A stretch of 64,000 nucleotides of DNA, taken from the NCBI GenBank assembly GCA_963717465.1, contig OY970340.1, forward strand, positions 1,600,001 to 1,664,000, read 5' to 3'. Origin of the DNA: Candidatus Bathyarchaeota archaeon. GTDB lineage: Archaea; Thermoproteota; Bathyarchaeia; Bathyarchaeales; Bathycorpusculaceae. Positions 22,227 to 32,788 of this stretch are shown piece by piece. Under the pieces are notes generated by a model. It made no database searches and was not told the origin of the DNA. It worked only from the letters and a program-made list of their open reading frames with translations. Each line of letters opens with the position of its first letter. The stretch's first letter is position 1. The translations under genes were made by a program, and so were the position numbers.

Positions 22227-23666
22227 ATGCCAAATGGAATTAGCCAAACCAAAGAATCGAAAACTGAAAGCGAAAAAACCAGGATTTATCAACTTTTATG
22301 CGTTGCCATTGGCGCTGAAAATGTCTCCACTCAAGAAGTAGATCGGGTAGCTTATTCAAGAGATTATTGGCCAATCGCCTTTAGGTGGTTTCTTGAAGGA
22401 AAAAATCCCACGTTGCCAGATTTCGTTTGCTGGCCTGGAAGTGCAAAAGAGGTTTCAGAAATCGTAAAGATAGCCTGTGAACAAAAAGTCCCCATTACGC
22501 CTTTTGGAGAGGGATCTGGAGTTTTAGGCGGCGCAATCCCAATCGATGGCGGCATAATCGTGGACCTAAAAAGAGTGAATAAAATTATTGAAATCAACGA
22601 TCAAAACCTAACCGTCACCGCGCAAACTGGAATCAACTTAACAAATTTAGAGGAAGAACTAAATAGAAAACAGTACACAATGGGGCATTTCCCCCAATCG
22701 TTTTATTGCTCTTCACTCGGAGGCAATCTTTCAACGCGAGCAGCAGGAGAATTCTCGACAAAGTACGGCAAAATAGACGACATTGTAATATCTCTTGAAG
22801 CAGTCCTCCCGCAAGGAGAAATAATCAAGTCGAAAACCACGCCAAAGTCTTCCACAGGTCCCGCTGTTGAACGCCTTTTAGTGGGCGGTGAAGGAACACT
22901 TGGCATTATCACTCAAGCAACACTTAAGATATGGCCTAAACCAGAAAAAACTGTTTTCAAATCTTATGCCTTTGTTAACATGCAAGACGGGTTAGACGTA
23001 ATCAGAAAAATTCTAAGAAAAGGCATCTTTCCAGCAGCCGTCAGATTATACGATAAACTGGAAACAGAAAGGCAGTTTTACCAGTTTTCTTTGGCAAAAG
23101 ACAAGTGCATGCTAGTCCTGGTAATGGAGGGCAGCGAAGAACTTGTGGACTTGGAGCAAAAAGTAACTGAAAAACTATGCAACGCGCAGGCTGTTGATAC
23201 AGGTGAAGAACCAGCACGCCACTGGCTTGAAAAAAGGTTCAACGTGAGGGAACTTGCAGATTTTTCACCGAAAGATGTGATTATTGACACGATTGAAGTG
23301 TCGGTCACATGGGATAAATCAATTAGTCTGTATGACTCGATTACTTCAGCGATAAATAGAATTAACGGGATATTCTATATCTCCGCGCACGCTTCACATT
23401 TCTATCCTCAAGGCGTATGTTTCTACTTCACTTTTGCAGGAGTACCAACGAAAACAAAGCCTGAAGATTTCTACAATAAAGTATGGGATAAAGCTATGAA
23501 GACTACTCTGGAAGTTGGGGGTTCAATAAGTCACCATCACGGCATAGGTATAATGCGTGAAAAATGGCTCGCCGATGAGTTAGGACAAAGCATGGAGGCG
23601 CTGAGAAAGATAAAGCATGCCTTGGACCCAGATAACATTATGAATCCGGGAAAAATGGGATTATAA
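22227..23666 (+). CDS. FAD-linked oxidoreductase, alkyl-DHAP synthase/GlcD-like (VAO family)
   Basis: PFGEGSGVLGG, GHFPQS...SLGG, GGEGTLGIIT, SHHHGIG and DPDNIMNPGK motifs. Confidence 0.85.
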   Translation: MPNGISQTKESKTESEKTRIYQLLCVAIGAENVSTQEVDRVAYSRDYWPIAFRWFLEGKNPTLPDFVCWPGSAKEVSEIVKIACEQKVPITPFGEGSGVLGGAIPIDGGIIVDLKRVNKIIEINDQNLTVTAQTGINLTNLEEELNRKQYTMGHFPQSFYCSSLGGNLSTRAAGEFSTKYGKIDDIVISLEAVLPQGEIIKSKTTPKSSTGPAVERLLVGGEGTLGIITQATLKIWPKPEKTVFKSYAFVNMQDGLDVIRKILRKGIFPAAVRLYDKLETERQFYQFSLAKDKCMLVLVMEGSEELVDLEQKVTEKLCNAQAVDTGEEPARHWLEKRFNVRELADFSPKDVIIDTIEVSVTWDKSISLYDSITSAINRINGIFYISAHASHFYPQGVCFYFTFAGVPTKTKPEDFYNKVWDKAMKTTLEVGGSISHHHGIGIMREKWLADELGQSMEALRKIKHALDPDNIMNPGKMGL

Positions 23667-23667
23667 A

Positions 23668-24870
23668 TTGGAAAAAATTCGAAAAAATTCATGGTTAATC
23701 AAGCTCATAGTAAAAGCAAACCTTTCAACAAAGAACCAACTGATAAAAAGCTTACTTTTCTCCGAAAAAAAATACTTGCCCAAAACAAGGCTTGAAGCAG
23801 ACGCAAAAAGCGTGCTAAAGTGTGCTCTTTGCCCAAACATGTGCAGGTTTGCTTGCCCTATATTGAAAGCCGAAAAATCTGAAGCAGTATCGCCTTCTGG
23901 GAAAACAAGAATTGCCCATCTTTTAGAAACTGACCATTTGGAATACAAAAAAGAAAACGTGGACATTTTTTACAATGATTTGGATTGCGAAGCTTGCAGG
24001 CAATGGTGCCCTTTCGGTTTCTCAGTCGGCGAGCTATCAATAGGCGTTAAACGAGATATTGCAAAAAAAGGATTAACCCCTAAAGCATTGCTTGAAGTCA
24101 AAGATAAGTTGCTTAAAGAGCATACGATTTATCCGGAAGGAATAACTTCATTTGCAGACCCGAAAGAAAAGAAAGCAAATATCTTGTACTTCGCTGGATG
24201 CACCACTCTAAACAAAAGAAAAGAAATCGCAGTCGCCACAACAAAAATACTGGAAAAGGCGGGAATCAGTTTTACGGTTTTACAAGAGGAGTGGTGTTGT
24301 GGCTATCCCCTGTATGCCTTGGGTTTTCAGGAAGAATTTCAATCATTCGCTGAGCGTAATTCAAAAGGCATCAAAGAGACTGGGTGCAAAATGATAATCT
24401 GCAGTTGCCCAACCTGTGCTTACGTGCTTAAAAAAATGTATCCACTTGGTAACTGCGAAGTTAAGCATGCATCACAGTACTTTCTTGAACTAATAAAAGG
24501 CAACAAGCTCAACCTAAAAGAAGTTGACAAAGAGTTTGTTTACCATGATCCATGTGTTCTTTCCAGAAAATTAGACGTTACTGAGGAGCCAAGGCAAGTC
24601 TTAAAAAGCATCCCAAATCTAACCTTAAAAGAGACCTATTTTAACAAAAAAAACACTCAATGCTGCGGAAAAGGCGGCGGATTAGGACTAGCGAACCCTG
24701 AGCTTTCCTTCCAAATAGCCCAAAATAGGGTCTCACAGCTAGAAGAAGTCTCATCCTCTATAGTCACCGCGTGCCCCTCATGTGAGCTTGCGCTCAAAAG
24801 TGCTGGTAAATCAATCGAGGTACTGGATTTATCTGAAATCATCTTGGCGGCTTTAAACAATGAAGGATGA
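23668..24870 (+). CDS. Fe-S protein with CCG domains (GlcF/GlpC/HdrD-like)
   Basis: CALCPNMCRFACP, CEACRQWCP, WCCG, YHDPC, QCCG and TACPSC motifs. Confidence 0.85.
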   Translation: MEKIRKNSWLIKLIVKANLSTKNQLIKSLLFSEKKYLPKTRLEADAKSVLKCALCPNMCRFACPILKAEKSEAVSPSGKTRIAHLLETDHLEYKKENVDIFYNDLDCEACRQWCPFGFSVGELSIGVKRDIAKKGLTPKALLEVKDKLLKEHTIYPEGITSFADPKEKKANILYFAGCTTLNKRKEIAVATTKILEKAGISFTVLQEEWCCGYPLYALGFQEEFQSFAERNSKGIKETGCKMIICSCPTCAYVLKKMYPLGNCEVKHASQYFLELIKGNKLNLKEVDKEFVYHDPCVLSRKLDVTEEPRQVLKSIPNLTLKETYFNKKNTQCCGKGGGLGLANPELSFQIAQNRVSQLEEVSSSIVTACPSCELALKSAGKSIEVLDLSEIILAALNNEG

Positions 24871-26626
24871 AGAACTCGACAGGAAAGTAAAGCAATCTCT
24901 GAAAGAATTCGTCTTTCAGATAAACAGCACGGTAAAAGATGGCATCGTTTACTTAGATGGGCATGTGGATAATTGGGAGAACGTTGTTGAATTAGGTCAC
25001 CGCGTCGGGAAAATAAAGGGCGTGGAAGAAGTCGTCAACGACATCCTTTCAAATGAACCTGCTGGAGAAGTGGCACAGCCCCAGGTCAGACTTCCCAAGA
25101 AAATTTATGACCCAATCTTGCCAAAGAAAGCTGATGTAGTAATAATTGGAGGCGGCGTAATCGGCAGTTTTATCGCACGAGAACTATCGCGGTACAAACT
25201 GGACATCGTTCTATTGGAAAAGGAAAGCGACGTATGTGGCGCTGCAACAAGATCCAACAATGCACAAATACACACGGGGGTAGGCGAAAGTTCTGGGACA
25301 TTGAAAAGAAAATTGTGCATAAAATCCTGGCCCTTATTTGATAAAATTTCTGATGAGTTAGATGTACCCTACAATAAAACTGGTCTACTAGTTCTTGTAA
25401 CTAAGGATAGCCTATCCAAAAAAATCCCCACGCCTCTTAGGCATTTTTTGTGTAAATACTTGATTCCTTTGCCTATTTGGATAATGGCAAAAAGAGCCAA
25501 AGACAAACCAAAGATTGTTAGAAAAGCGAAGCTGCAGCAAATGGAACCGTACCTGACTGAAAATGCGCTTGTCGGGGTTCTTATGCCAAATTATGGAATA
25601 ATTGACCCTTTTAGACTGACTCTTTCACTCGCTGAAAACGCGGTTCAAAATGGTGCACAAGTATTTATTGACACCGAGGTAACAGGCATAAAAGTTGAGG
25701 ATAAAAAGATCAAAGCAGTTGTTACCACTAGAGGAATGATTGATACAGATTTTGTAGTAAATGCAGCAGGCGTTTATGCTGATAGGATCGCTGATATCGC
25801 TGGGACTCGAGAATTTACCATACACCCAAGAAAAGGCGGAACCGTACTTTTCGATAAAAAGACAAACAAATATGCTGCCCATCAATTAAACGAGTTTAAG
25901 CTTCCAAGGGACGAGCACACTAAAGGCGGTGGAGTATTAAAAACCCCAGAGGGGAACATAAACTTTGGACCAAGCGCTGTGGAAGTTCCCGACAAAGAGG
26001 ATACGTCGATGTCAAGAGAGGATCTTGATAACATCCTCGAGAAATATTCTACCGTTTTCTCCAGTTTTCCAAAAAAATCAGTAATTACCTATTTTTCTGG
26101 GCTAAGAGCTTGCACATACAAAGAAGATTTTTTGATAAAGCCCTCAAAAAACGTTAAAGGCCTAATCCATGCAGCGGGGATTCAATCTCCAGGATTAACA
26201 TGCTCCCCAACTATCGCAAGAATGATTTTGGAGATTCTGGGAAAGGAGGGATTGCCCATGAGCGAAAAAGAAAATTTTAATCCTCTTTCAAAAAGAGTCC
26301 CAGTATTTAGAGAGCTAACCTTGGAGGAAAAAAAGAAAATCGTTTCAGAAGACAAACTTTATGGAAATGTGGTCTGCAGATGTGAGCACGTTACTGAAGG
26401 AGAAATAGTCAAGGCTATTCATTCGCCAATTCCAGCTCTCACTGTAGACGCTATAAAGAGGAGGACAAGAGCGGGGATGGGAAGGTGCCAAAGTGGTTTC
26501 TGCGGGTATCTGGTTGCCCGAATACTTGCTAGAGAATTGGGTATTCCCATGGAGGAGATAACGAAGAACGGTGGTAATTCACGCCTTTTCATTGGCAAAA
26601 CTAAGGAGCTTTTGGCAGGGGATTAG
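24860..26626 (+). CDS. GlpA-like FAD oxidoreductase with N-terminal BON-like and C-terminal BFD-like [2Fe-2S] domains
   Basis: IIGGGVIG Rossmann motif, GIQSPGLT, VCRCEHVTEGEI...RAGMGRCQSGFC. The N-terminal ~60 aa are BON-like (VKDGIVYLDGHV...GVEEVVNDI). Confidence 0.85.
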   Translation: MKDEELDRKVKQSLKEFVFQINSTVKDGIVYLDGHVDNWENVVELGHRVGKIKGVEEVVNDILSNEPAGEVAQPQVRLPKKIYDPILPKKADVVIIGGGVIGSFIARELSRYKLDIVLLEKESDVCGAATRSNNAQIHTGVGESSGTLKRKLCIKSWPLFDKISDELDVPYNKTGLLVLVTKDSLSKKIPTPLRHFLCKYLIPLPIWIMAKRAKDKPKIVRKAKLQQMEPYLTENALVGVLMPNYGIIDPFRLTLSLAENAVQNGAQVFIDTEVTGIKVEDKKIKAVVTTRGMIDTDFVVNAAGVYADRIADIAGTREFTIHPRKGGTVLFDKKTNKYAAHQLNEFKLPRDEHTKGGGVLKTPEGNINFGPSAVEVPDKEDTSMSREDLDNILEKYSTVFSSFPKKSVITYFSGLRACTYKEDFLIKPSKNVKGLIHAAGIQSPGLTCSPTIARMILEILGKEGLPMSEKENFNPLSKRVPVFRELTLEEKKKIVSEDKLYGNVVCRCEHVTEGEIVKAIHSPIPALTVDAIKRRTRAGMGRCQSGFCGYLVARILARELGIPMEEITKNGGNSRLFIGKTKELLAGD

Positions 26627-26627
26627 C

Positions 26628-27881
26628 ATGATGAACGTTGACACGCTTGTTATTGGCGGTGGGCCAGCAGGTTTAGCTGCTGCTTTAAGCGCGTACAAGA
26701 ATGGAGTAAAAGATGTGTTGCTTATTGAACGTAATCCAGAGCTAGGCGGAATACTTCCTCAATGCATACATGATGGGTTTGGAACCGTAATTTTCAAGGA
26801 GCGATTAACAGGGCCAGAATACGCAGAGCGCTATATCCAAGAAATCAAAAAATCGGCCATAAATGTGAAGCTGGAAACAATGGTTTTGCAGATAGATCGC
26901 TTCAAGAGAGTAATTGCTGTCAACCCGACTGATGGTTTGCTTGACATACAAGCAAAAAGCTTGATTTTGACGATGGGTTGCAGAGAGCGAACGCGACAGC
27001 AAATTATCATCCCGGGAGATAGACCGGCAGGAATTTACACAGCAGGGGTAGCTCAAAGATACATAAATATGCAGGGAATAATGCCTGGCAAAGAAATTGT
27101 GATTCTTGGTTCTGGAGATGTCGGCCTTATAATGGCTAGAAGATTTACTCTGGAAGGAGCCAAAGTGGAGGGAGTTTACGAGGTCATGCCGACTCCTGGA
27201 GGATTAACTAGAAATCTTGTTCAGTGCCTGCAAGATTATGAAATTCCTCTGCATCTTTCTCACACGATTGTAAACATAAAAGGTAAAGAACGGGTTGAAG
27301 GAGTAACTGTTGCACAAGTCGATTCTAACATGAAGCCCATTCAAAGTACTGAAAGGTTTGTTCCATGCGACACAGTGATAGTGTCCGTGGGTTTAATTCC
27401 TGAAAATGAACTCTCCGAAATGGTGCCTTTAAATTTTGATTCTGAGACTGGTGGTCCAGTAGTTGATGAATCCATGGAAACTTCAGAAGCAGGAGTTTTC
27501 GCCGCTGGAAATGTTGTTTACGTACATGACTTAGTTGATGATGTTTCAGCTGAAGGCGAAATAGCAGGAAAGGCAGCTGCAAAATACATCAAGGGAGAAT
27601 TACAGGAGAGAGAAAAATTAGTAAAGGTCGAGGCGGGAGAAAACGTAAGGTATGTTGTTCCGCAAATAATTCGCAAAAAAGGTTTTGAAGAAAACATAAA
27701 ACTCTGCTTTCGTGTGAAAGAAGTTCAAAAAAACATTTCTGTAAAAACGTTTGCAGATGACAAAGAGATTTGCTCAGTGAAGCAACGCATTGTAAGACCG
27801 CCGGAGATGCTTTCCGTTAATGTGTCCTCTTCAGCATTGGAAAATGCCAAAGTTGTTAAATTAAAGGTGACGAAAGAATGA
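26628..27881 (+). CDS. NAD(P)/FAD-dependent oxidoreductase (GlpA partner)
   Basis: IGGGPAG, GGILPQCIHDGFG, MGCRER and GVFAAGN motifs. Confidence 0.85.
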   Translation: MMNVDTLVIGGGPAGLAAALSAYKNGVKDVLLIERNPELGGILPQCIHDGFGTVIFKERLTGPEYAERYIQEIKKSAINVKLETMVLQIDRFKRVIAVNPTDGLLDIQAKSLILTMGCRERTRQQIIIPGDRPAGIYTAGVAQRYINMQGIMPGKEIVILGSGDVGLIMARRFTLEGAKVEGVYEVMPTPGGLTRNLVQCLQDYEIPLHLSHTIVNIKGKERVEGVTVAQVDSNMKPIQSTERFVPCDTVIVSVGLIPENELSEMVPLNFDSETGGPVVDESMETSEAGVFAAGNVVYVHDLVDDVSAEGEIAGKAAAKYIKGELQEREKLVKVEAGENVRYVVPQIIRKKGFEENIKLCFRVKEVQKNISVKTFADDKEICSVKQRIVRPPEMLSVNVSSSALENAKVVKLKVTKE

Positions 27882-28252
27882 AAAAAGTCCATAAATTAAC
27901 CTGTATAGGCTGCCCGTCTAGTTGCGAGATTAAGGTAATCGAGAGCGACGACAAGCAGTTGCAGGTAGTTGGCGGCTGTAAAATAGGCAAAGAATACGTA
28001 ATCAAGGAAGTTACAGCTCCCGAGAGAATTTTAACTTCGACCGTTAGAGTTGAAAATGGCGTATTGCCTGTTCTCCCTGTTAAAAGTGAGAAGCCACTTC
28101 CTAAAGGATTAATTAAAGAATCTGTGCGAGAGCTTGCAAAAATTAAGGTTAAAGCACCTGTAGAGCAAGGAAGCATAATTTATGGAAATATGCTAAATAC
28201 AGGTGTCAACGTCATAGCATCTAGAAGCTTGGAGGCGAGAAGTCTTGAATGA
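27878..28252 (+). CDS. DUF1667-family Cys-containing protein
   Basis: TCIGCPSSC...C...P.R.LTSTV; usual third gene of this glp-type operon. Confidence 0.8.
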   Translation: MKKVHKLTCIGCPSSCEIKVIESDDKQLQVVGGCKIGKEYVIKEVTAPERILTSTVRVENGVLPVLPVKSEKPLPKGLIKESVRELAKIKVKAPVEQGSIIYGNMLNTGVNVIASRSLEARSLE

Positions 28253-29819
28253 AAAGAAGTATATTTTGGTGAACGATGTCGGAACCACGATGCTAAAAGC
28301 CGTTGTGCTTGACGAGCTTCTCAACATCGTAGCTGAAGCTTCAGAAGAAATATCACAAATTTATCCGAAGCCTGGATGGTGCGAACAAGACCCAAACGAG
28401 ATTTGGGATAAAAGCTTGGCTGCATCAAAAAGGGCTCTGCAAAAAGTTGGTGCAGAAAACATTGCAGCCATGGGTTTAGTAACCCAAAGAGCCACAATTA
28501 TTGTCTGGGATAAGACAACAGGAAAACCAGTCTACAATGCTATAACATGGCAAGACATCAGGACTGCAAGCTTTTGCCAAAAAATAAACAGCAAAGCAAG
28601 CGTCAAACTTTTTCATGGCTTAGGCAAAACCGTCCAAAAAATATCACTTGTAATTAAACCTCTAAGAAAATCAGCTAGTACGAATAGGCTTATTCAACTT
28701 TCGCACTTTAATTTTTTGCCAGTTCAGGCTGGAGCACGCTTTAACTGGATAATGAATAATGTGCCCGAAGCAAAAGAAATTCAGCAGAGTGGCAATTTGC
28801 TTTTTGGGACGGTTGACACTTGGCTATTATGGAAGCATACTCAAGGACAAATTTACGCAACAGACTACTCTAACGCATCCTCCACTGGCATCTTTGACCC
28901 CTTTACTTTAGGCTGGAGCAAGTTCATAATGGACTCTTTTGAAATGCCAAAAAATCTAAAGCTTCCTGAAATCAAACAAACCAGCGATAACTTTGGCAAA
29001 ACCAGCGCATTCGGTGTGCCAATCAACATAAGAAGTGTTGTGGCGGATCAGCAGGCGGCATTATTTGGGGAAGCATGTTTCTCTAATGGAGATGTTAAAT
29101 GCACTAATGGAACTGGCACATTTATCGACATAAACACTGGTAATACTCCCATCGCGTCGAGTCATGGTCTTACTCCTTTGGTAGCTTGGAAAATAAATGA
29201 TAAAGTCACTTTCATGTTGGAAGGTTTTGTCCAAAATACTGGTTCATTGGTACAGTGGTTAAAAGACTTAGAACTCATCAGCAGTCCCCAAGAAAGTGAG
29301 GATTTAGCCAAGAGCATTGAAGACACTGCCGGAGTCATTGTTGTGCCAGCTCTAACGGGACTTGGCGCCCCATATTGGGACCCTAATGCTCGGGGAACAG
29401 TGATAGGTCTTACTAGAAAGGCTAAAAAAGAACACATCGTTAGAGCTGCCTTAGAATCCATCGGATACAGCTGCAACGACATATTGGAAGTCCTGAAAAA
29501 AGACACGGGTTTTTTGATATCTTCGATTAAAACAGATGGAGGAGCATCGAAAAACAATTTCATCATACAATTTCTCGCCGACATAACAAACGCACAAATT
29601 GAAAGACCAAAAAATTTAGAAATGACCGCTATAGGCGCAGGATGCTTAGCTGGTCTTGCAGTTGGCTACTGGAAATCAACTGAGGACCTGCTAAAAAATC
29701 GCAAGGTCGACAAGGTGTTCTCGCCCAAAATGGAAGATAGTCTGAGAATGACTTTGTGTTCTCAGTGGAAGAGAGCTATCCAAAGAAGCTACGATTGGGC
29801 AACTGATGAGATTCAATAA
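28245..29819 (+). CDS. glpK: Glycerol kinase family (FGGY) protein with an internal insertion
   Basis: DVGTT, EQDP, WQDIRT, FGTVDTW, TDYSNAS, DQQAALFG, GLGAPYW and DGG motifs. Confidence 0.85.
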   Translation: MNEKKYILVNDVGTTMLKAVVLDELLNIVAEASEEISQIYPKPGWCEQDPNEIWDKSLAASKRALQKVGAENIAAMGLVTQRATIIVWDKTTGKPVYNAITWQDIRTASFCQKINSKASVKLFHGLGKTVQKISLVIKPLRKSASTNRLIQLSHFNFLPVQAGARFNWIMNNVPEAKEIQQSGNLLFGTVDTWLLWKHTQGQIYATDYSNASSTGIFDPFTLGWSKFIMDSFEMPKNLKLPEIKQTSDNFGKTSAFGVPINIRSVVADQQAALFGEACFSNGDVKCTNGTGTFIDINTGNTPIASSHGLTPLVAWKINDKVTFMLEGFVQNTGSLVQWLKDLELISSPQESEDLAKSIEDTAGVIVVPALTGLGAPYWDPNARGTVIGLTRKAKKEHIVRAALESIGYSCNDILEVLKKDTGFLISSIKTDGGASKNNFIIQFLADITNAQIERPKNLEMTAIGAGCLAGLAVGYWKSTEDLLKNRKVDKVFSPKMEDSLRMTLCSQWKRAIQRSYDWATDEIQ

Positions 29820-29964
29820 CAAGTAACCTCTTTTTCTACAAGCGGCGGTTTTGGCGTGCATTTGCTTTTTAATGTACCCTCTGAACTAGCTTATTTTCCT
29901 GCTTTTTTGGTTGGTCGGATTAACTTTTAGGTTAAGATAAAAATTAAGTAACCAAATCATTACA

Positions 29965-30047
29965 ACATCAAGGTGCGGCGAAGCTGAATGCGGGGAATTT
30001 AGGCTGGACGCTTGTGAGTGCTTTTTCCGCTACTGGGTTCGACAAAG
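29965..30047 (+). repeat. Degenerate direct repeat, copy 2 (right of the glycerol-type operon)
   Basis: Matches 21951-22034 at an offset of 8014 bp; 26-bp exact core. Confidence 0.85.
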
Positions 30048-30258
30048 ATTGATAGACTTACCTTGCTAAGTTATCAAAGTGCAACGGAGCTTAAGCCATC
30101 AGGGAGTGAATACAGAGCGAAGGTTTAGGCTTAAGATAAAATTTTGATCAAAAAATAATTATTATAAGTATATTTTTTAAATTAACATGATTTTTAAGTT
30201 AAATAGCATATAAGTTCAATCACAAGAGTCCAGCAATTCTTGCAAGAAGGAACTTAAT

Positions 30259-31191
30259 ATGTTAATGAAGTCGAGTGACACAATTGAAGAAATGACATGT
30301 TACACAGACACGTGTTGCTATAAAGGAAAGGTCCCAGGGAATTTAAAAGTTAAACTTAAAGACTTCGATACTGGATGGGCACAAAACGAAGAAGCCAAAT
30401 TTTTAGGAAAAGGTAAATTGAAGGAATGGGCAAACAAGTTGCTGGAGGAAAATCGACAGCAACTGGCAAAAGCACAGGAGTTGCTCTATGCAAATAATAC
30501 TTACGCTTTGCTTGTGATTTTCCAAGGCATGGATGCAGCCGGCAAAGACGGAATAATCAAGCATGTGATGTCAGGTGTTAACCCGCAGGGTTGTTGTGTA
30601 ACAAGTTTTAAGCAGCCTTCTGTTACGGAGTTGGAGCATGATTTTTTGTGGCGACAGGTTGTGGCTTTGCCTGAAAAGGGCATGATAGGCATTTTCAACC
30701 GATCCTATTATGAAGAAGTCTTGGTTGTCAAGGTACACCAAAACCTCTTAAATAACCAAAATCTCCCAAAGAAAAAGTATAACGATAAGTTTTGGAAAAA
30801 TCGTTATGAAGACATTACAAGTTTTGAGCATCATCTTGTGCGGAACGGAACGTTAATACTAAAGTTCTTTTTGCATATTTCTAGAGATGAGCAGAAGAAA
30901 CGTTTTATTGAACGCTTAAGCGATCCAGGTAAATATTGGAAGTTTTCTGAAGCTGACCTTAAAGAAAGGGACTATTGGGATAACTACATGAAAGCTTACG
31001 AGGGCATGTTAAATAATACAAGCACGCAATGGGCACCATGGTACATTATCCCTGCAGACTACAAATGGTTAGCTCGCTCACTAGTTGCAGATATCATAAC
31101 CACGAACATACTATCTTTGGGCATCAAATACCCACTCTTGAATGAACAAAAACTTAAAGCAATCAAAGAAGCAAAAAGAAAACTTGAATAA
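30259..31191 (+). CDS. ppk2: Polyphosphate kinase 2 family protein
   Basis: QGMDAAGKDG, SFKQPS, FNRSYYE, KFFLHIS and APWYIIPAD motifs. Confidence 0.92.
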   Translation: MLMKSSDTIEEMTCYTDTCCYKGKVPGNLKVKLKDFDTGWAQNEEAKFLGKGKLKEWANKLLEENRQQLAKAQELLYANNTYALLVIFQGMDAAGKDGIIKHVMSGVNPQGCCVTSFKQPSVTELEHDFLWRQVVALPEKGMIGIFNRSYYEEVLVVKVHQNLLNNQNLPKKKYNDKFWKNRYEDITSFEHHLVRNGTLILKFFLHISRDEQKKRFIERLSDPGKYWKFSEADLKERDYWDNYMKAYEGMLNNTSTQWAPWYIIPADYKWLARSLVADIITTNILSLGIKYPLLNEQKLKAIKEAKRKLE

Positions 31192-31329
31192 ACACAATAA
31201 TAGCAAAACCCAACAATTTGTCATGTATCTAAAGAGTTAACTCAAGGAAAATAAACTGATAAAATTAAAGTCAAAAGTTAGTGAGCAAAGACTTTTTTCA
31301 AGAAAAATCCTCATACGTTCATGCTTTTT

Positions 31330-31831
31330 TTAAATCTTGTAGACAAAAATTCTTTCTTCACTTTTAAGTAACTTCATGTTTTCAATTGGCCAGTAATAAC
31401 TTATCACTTTAGTCCCAGTTCGCGCGTCTGAAATTATTTTTTTTCGCAATTCTATCGTTTATCTTTCCTCTATATTGAAATACAAAAATGACATCAGCGT
31501 CAAAAATGTCATGTTTGAAAAGGTTTCCTAAAATAACTTGGGCTTTTCTCGCTCTAAGCTTGGCTATAAACCATCTAATAGGTTCTATCTCGATTCCCTT
31601 AACGTGATCGCACAACTTTGAGGCAACAATAAGGGCTTCTCCTGTGCCACATCCGAGGTCATAGAATACTTCGTCTTTTTTGAGATCAACTAATTTTAGA
31701 GCTTCTGCTATAACGCTCTTTGGCGTGGAAGTGTACCCGGCACCTCCTGTAAGCATGGGATAGAAAAAAGAAGCTACTGCATATGCACATAACGCAATAA
31801 TTACAATGAAAACGCCAATGAATATGTCCAT
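31330..31831 (-). CDS. Small class I SAM-dependent methyltransferase with N-terminal TM (homopolymer frameshift near 31440)
   Basis: YDLGCGTG and GIEIEP motifs. Removing one A gives ...KKIISDARTGTKVISYYWPIE...IFVYKI* ending at 31330. Confidence 0.75.
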
Positions 31832-32033
31832 GTAAAGATTCCTTTTTATGCGTTAAAGAGCCATAATTGTTGAGAAGAGCTTTTCACTCTTAAAGATGTT
31901 CGCAAGGTCGAACCCCTAAAAATAGTTATGTCATAAATTCCCTTGGGACGTAAGCTAATAAACACCTTTCGATAAGACGCAGATGAAACAAGGTCACTTT
32001 TACCAAGGTTTCTTGTTTTATTTCTGAAACTGT

Positions 32034-32387
32034 TTAGGCTTTTGATGCCAGAAGGGCTTCAAAAAGTGTTACTGTTTTCTTGATCATAGATATAATTGAA
32101 CCAGAAAGCAACGGGTCATCGCTCTCACTCAAAGATTTTGTAAGGTCAGCCCATTTAGCGGAATCTTGTGTTTCACTTTCGAATTTTCTAAAAATATCTG
32201 AAGCATAATTCGATTTGAAGAGTTGCAACACTAATAACAAGTTTGTACTTAGACTGTGTTTAATATTAATTCTTTCATCATGATTATCCCACTGATGCGG
32301 ACCATACCCCACATATTTGAAGAGATCTTTTTTAAGGTCATCAACTGCAATTTTCAGTTTCGGAATTTCTGACATGATATTCGCCAC
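32034..32387 (-). CDS. Hypothetical protein
   Basis: 117-aa ORF with protein-like composition; no motif recognised. Confidence 0.45.
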   Translation of the reverse strand: MANIMSEIPKLKIAVDDLKKDLFKYVGYGPHQWDNHDERINIKHSLSTNLLLVLQLFKSNYASDIFRKFESETQDSAKWADLTKSLSESDDPLLSGSIISMIKKTVTLFEALLASKA

Positions 32388-32788
32388 AATTATTGGTTTC
32401 TTATATTAATAATAGGACTTTTTAACTATTCGTGCTAAAACCCATACGCGCGTTAACATAGTTCATGAGAAGAATTTTTCAATTATTTTTTTACATAGCA
32501 TTACAGATAGGCTTTGGATTTAGCGGAGTATTTTCATATATTTTTATTAGCAGCAATTACAACTACACCCATTATCTAACACAATTTAAAAATCATTTTG
32601 TTAACTTTTTACATGACTTGTTTGATCAAAACCTATCTCTGAAAAGTTTAACAATTTTACTATCAAGTTATTTTAGTCCGGGTATCCTTGTGCGCTAAAG
32701 CTGAAAATAAAAAAGAAGCTTTTTGCAGGTTTCTCCAAGAGAAATCTATAGCTGGCTGTTATAAAGAAAGAAGTGGGGGTGGTTTTGT

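Noticed and set aside
32465..32698. 77-aa hydrophobic ORF
   Set aside because: AT-rich with low-complexity composition and no supporting signal; likely spurious.
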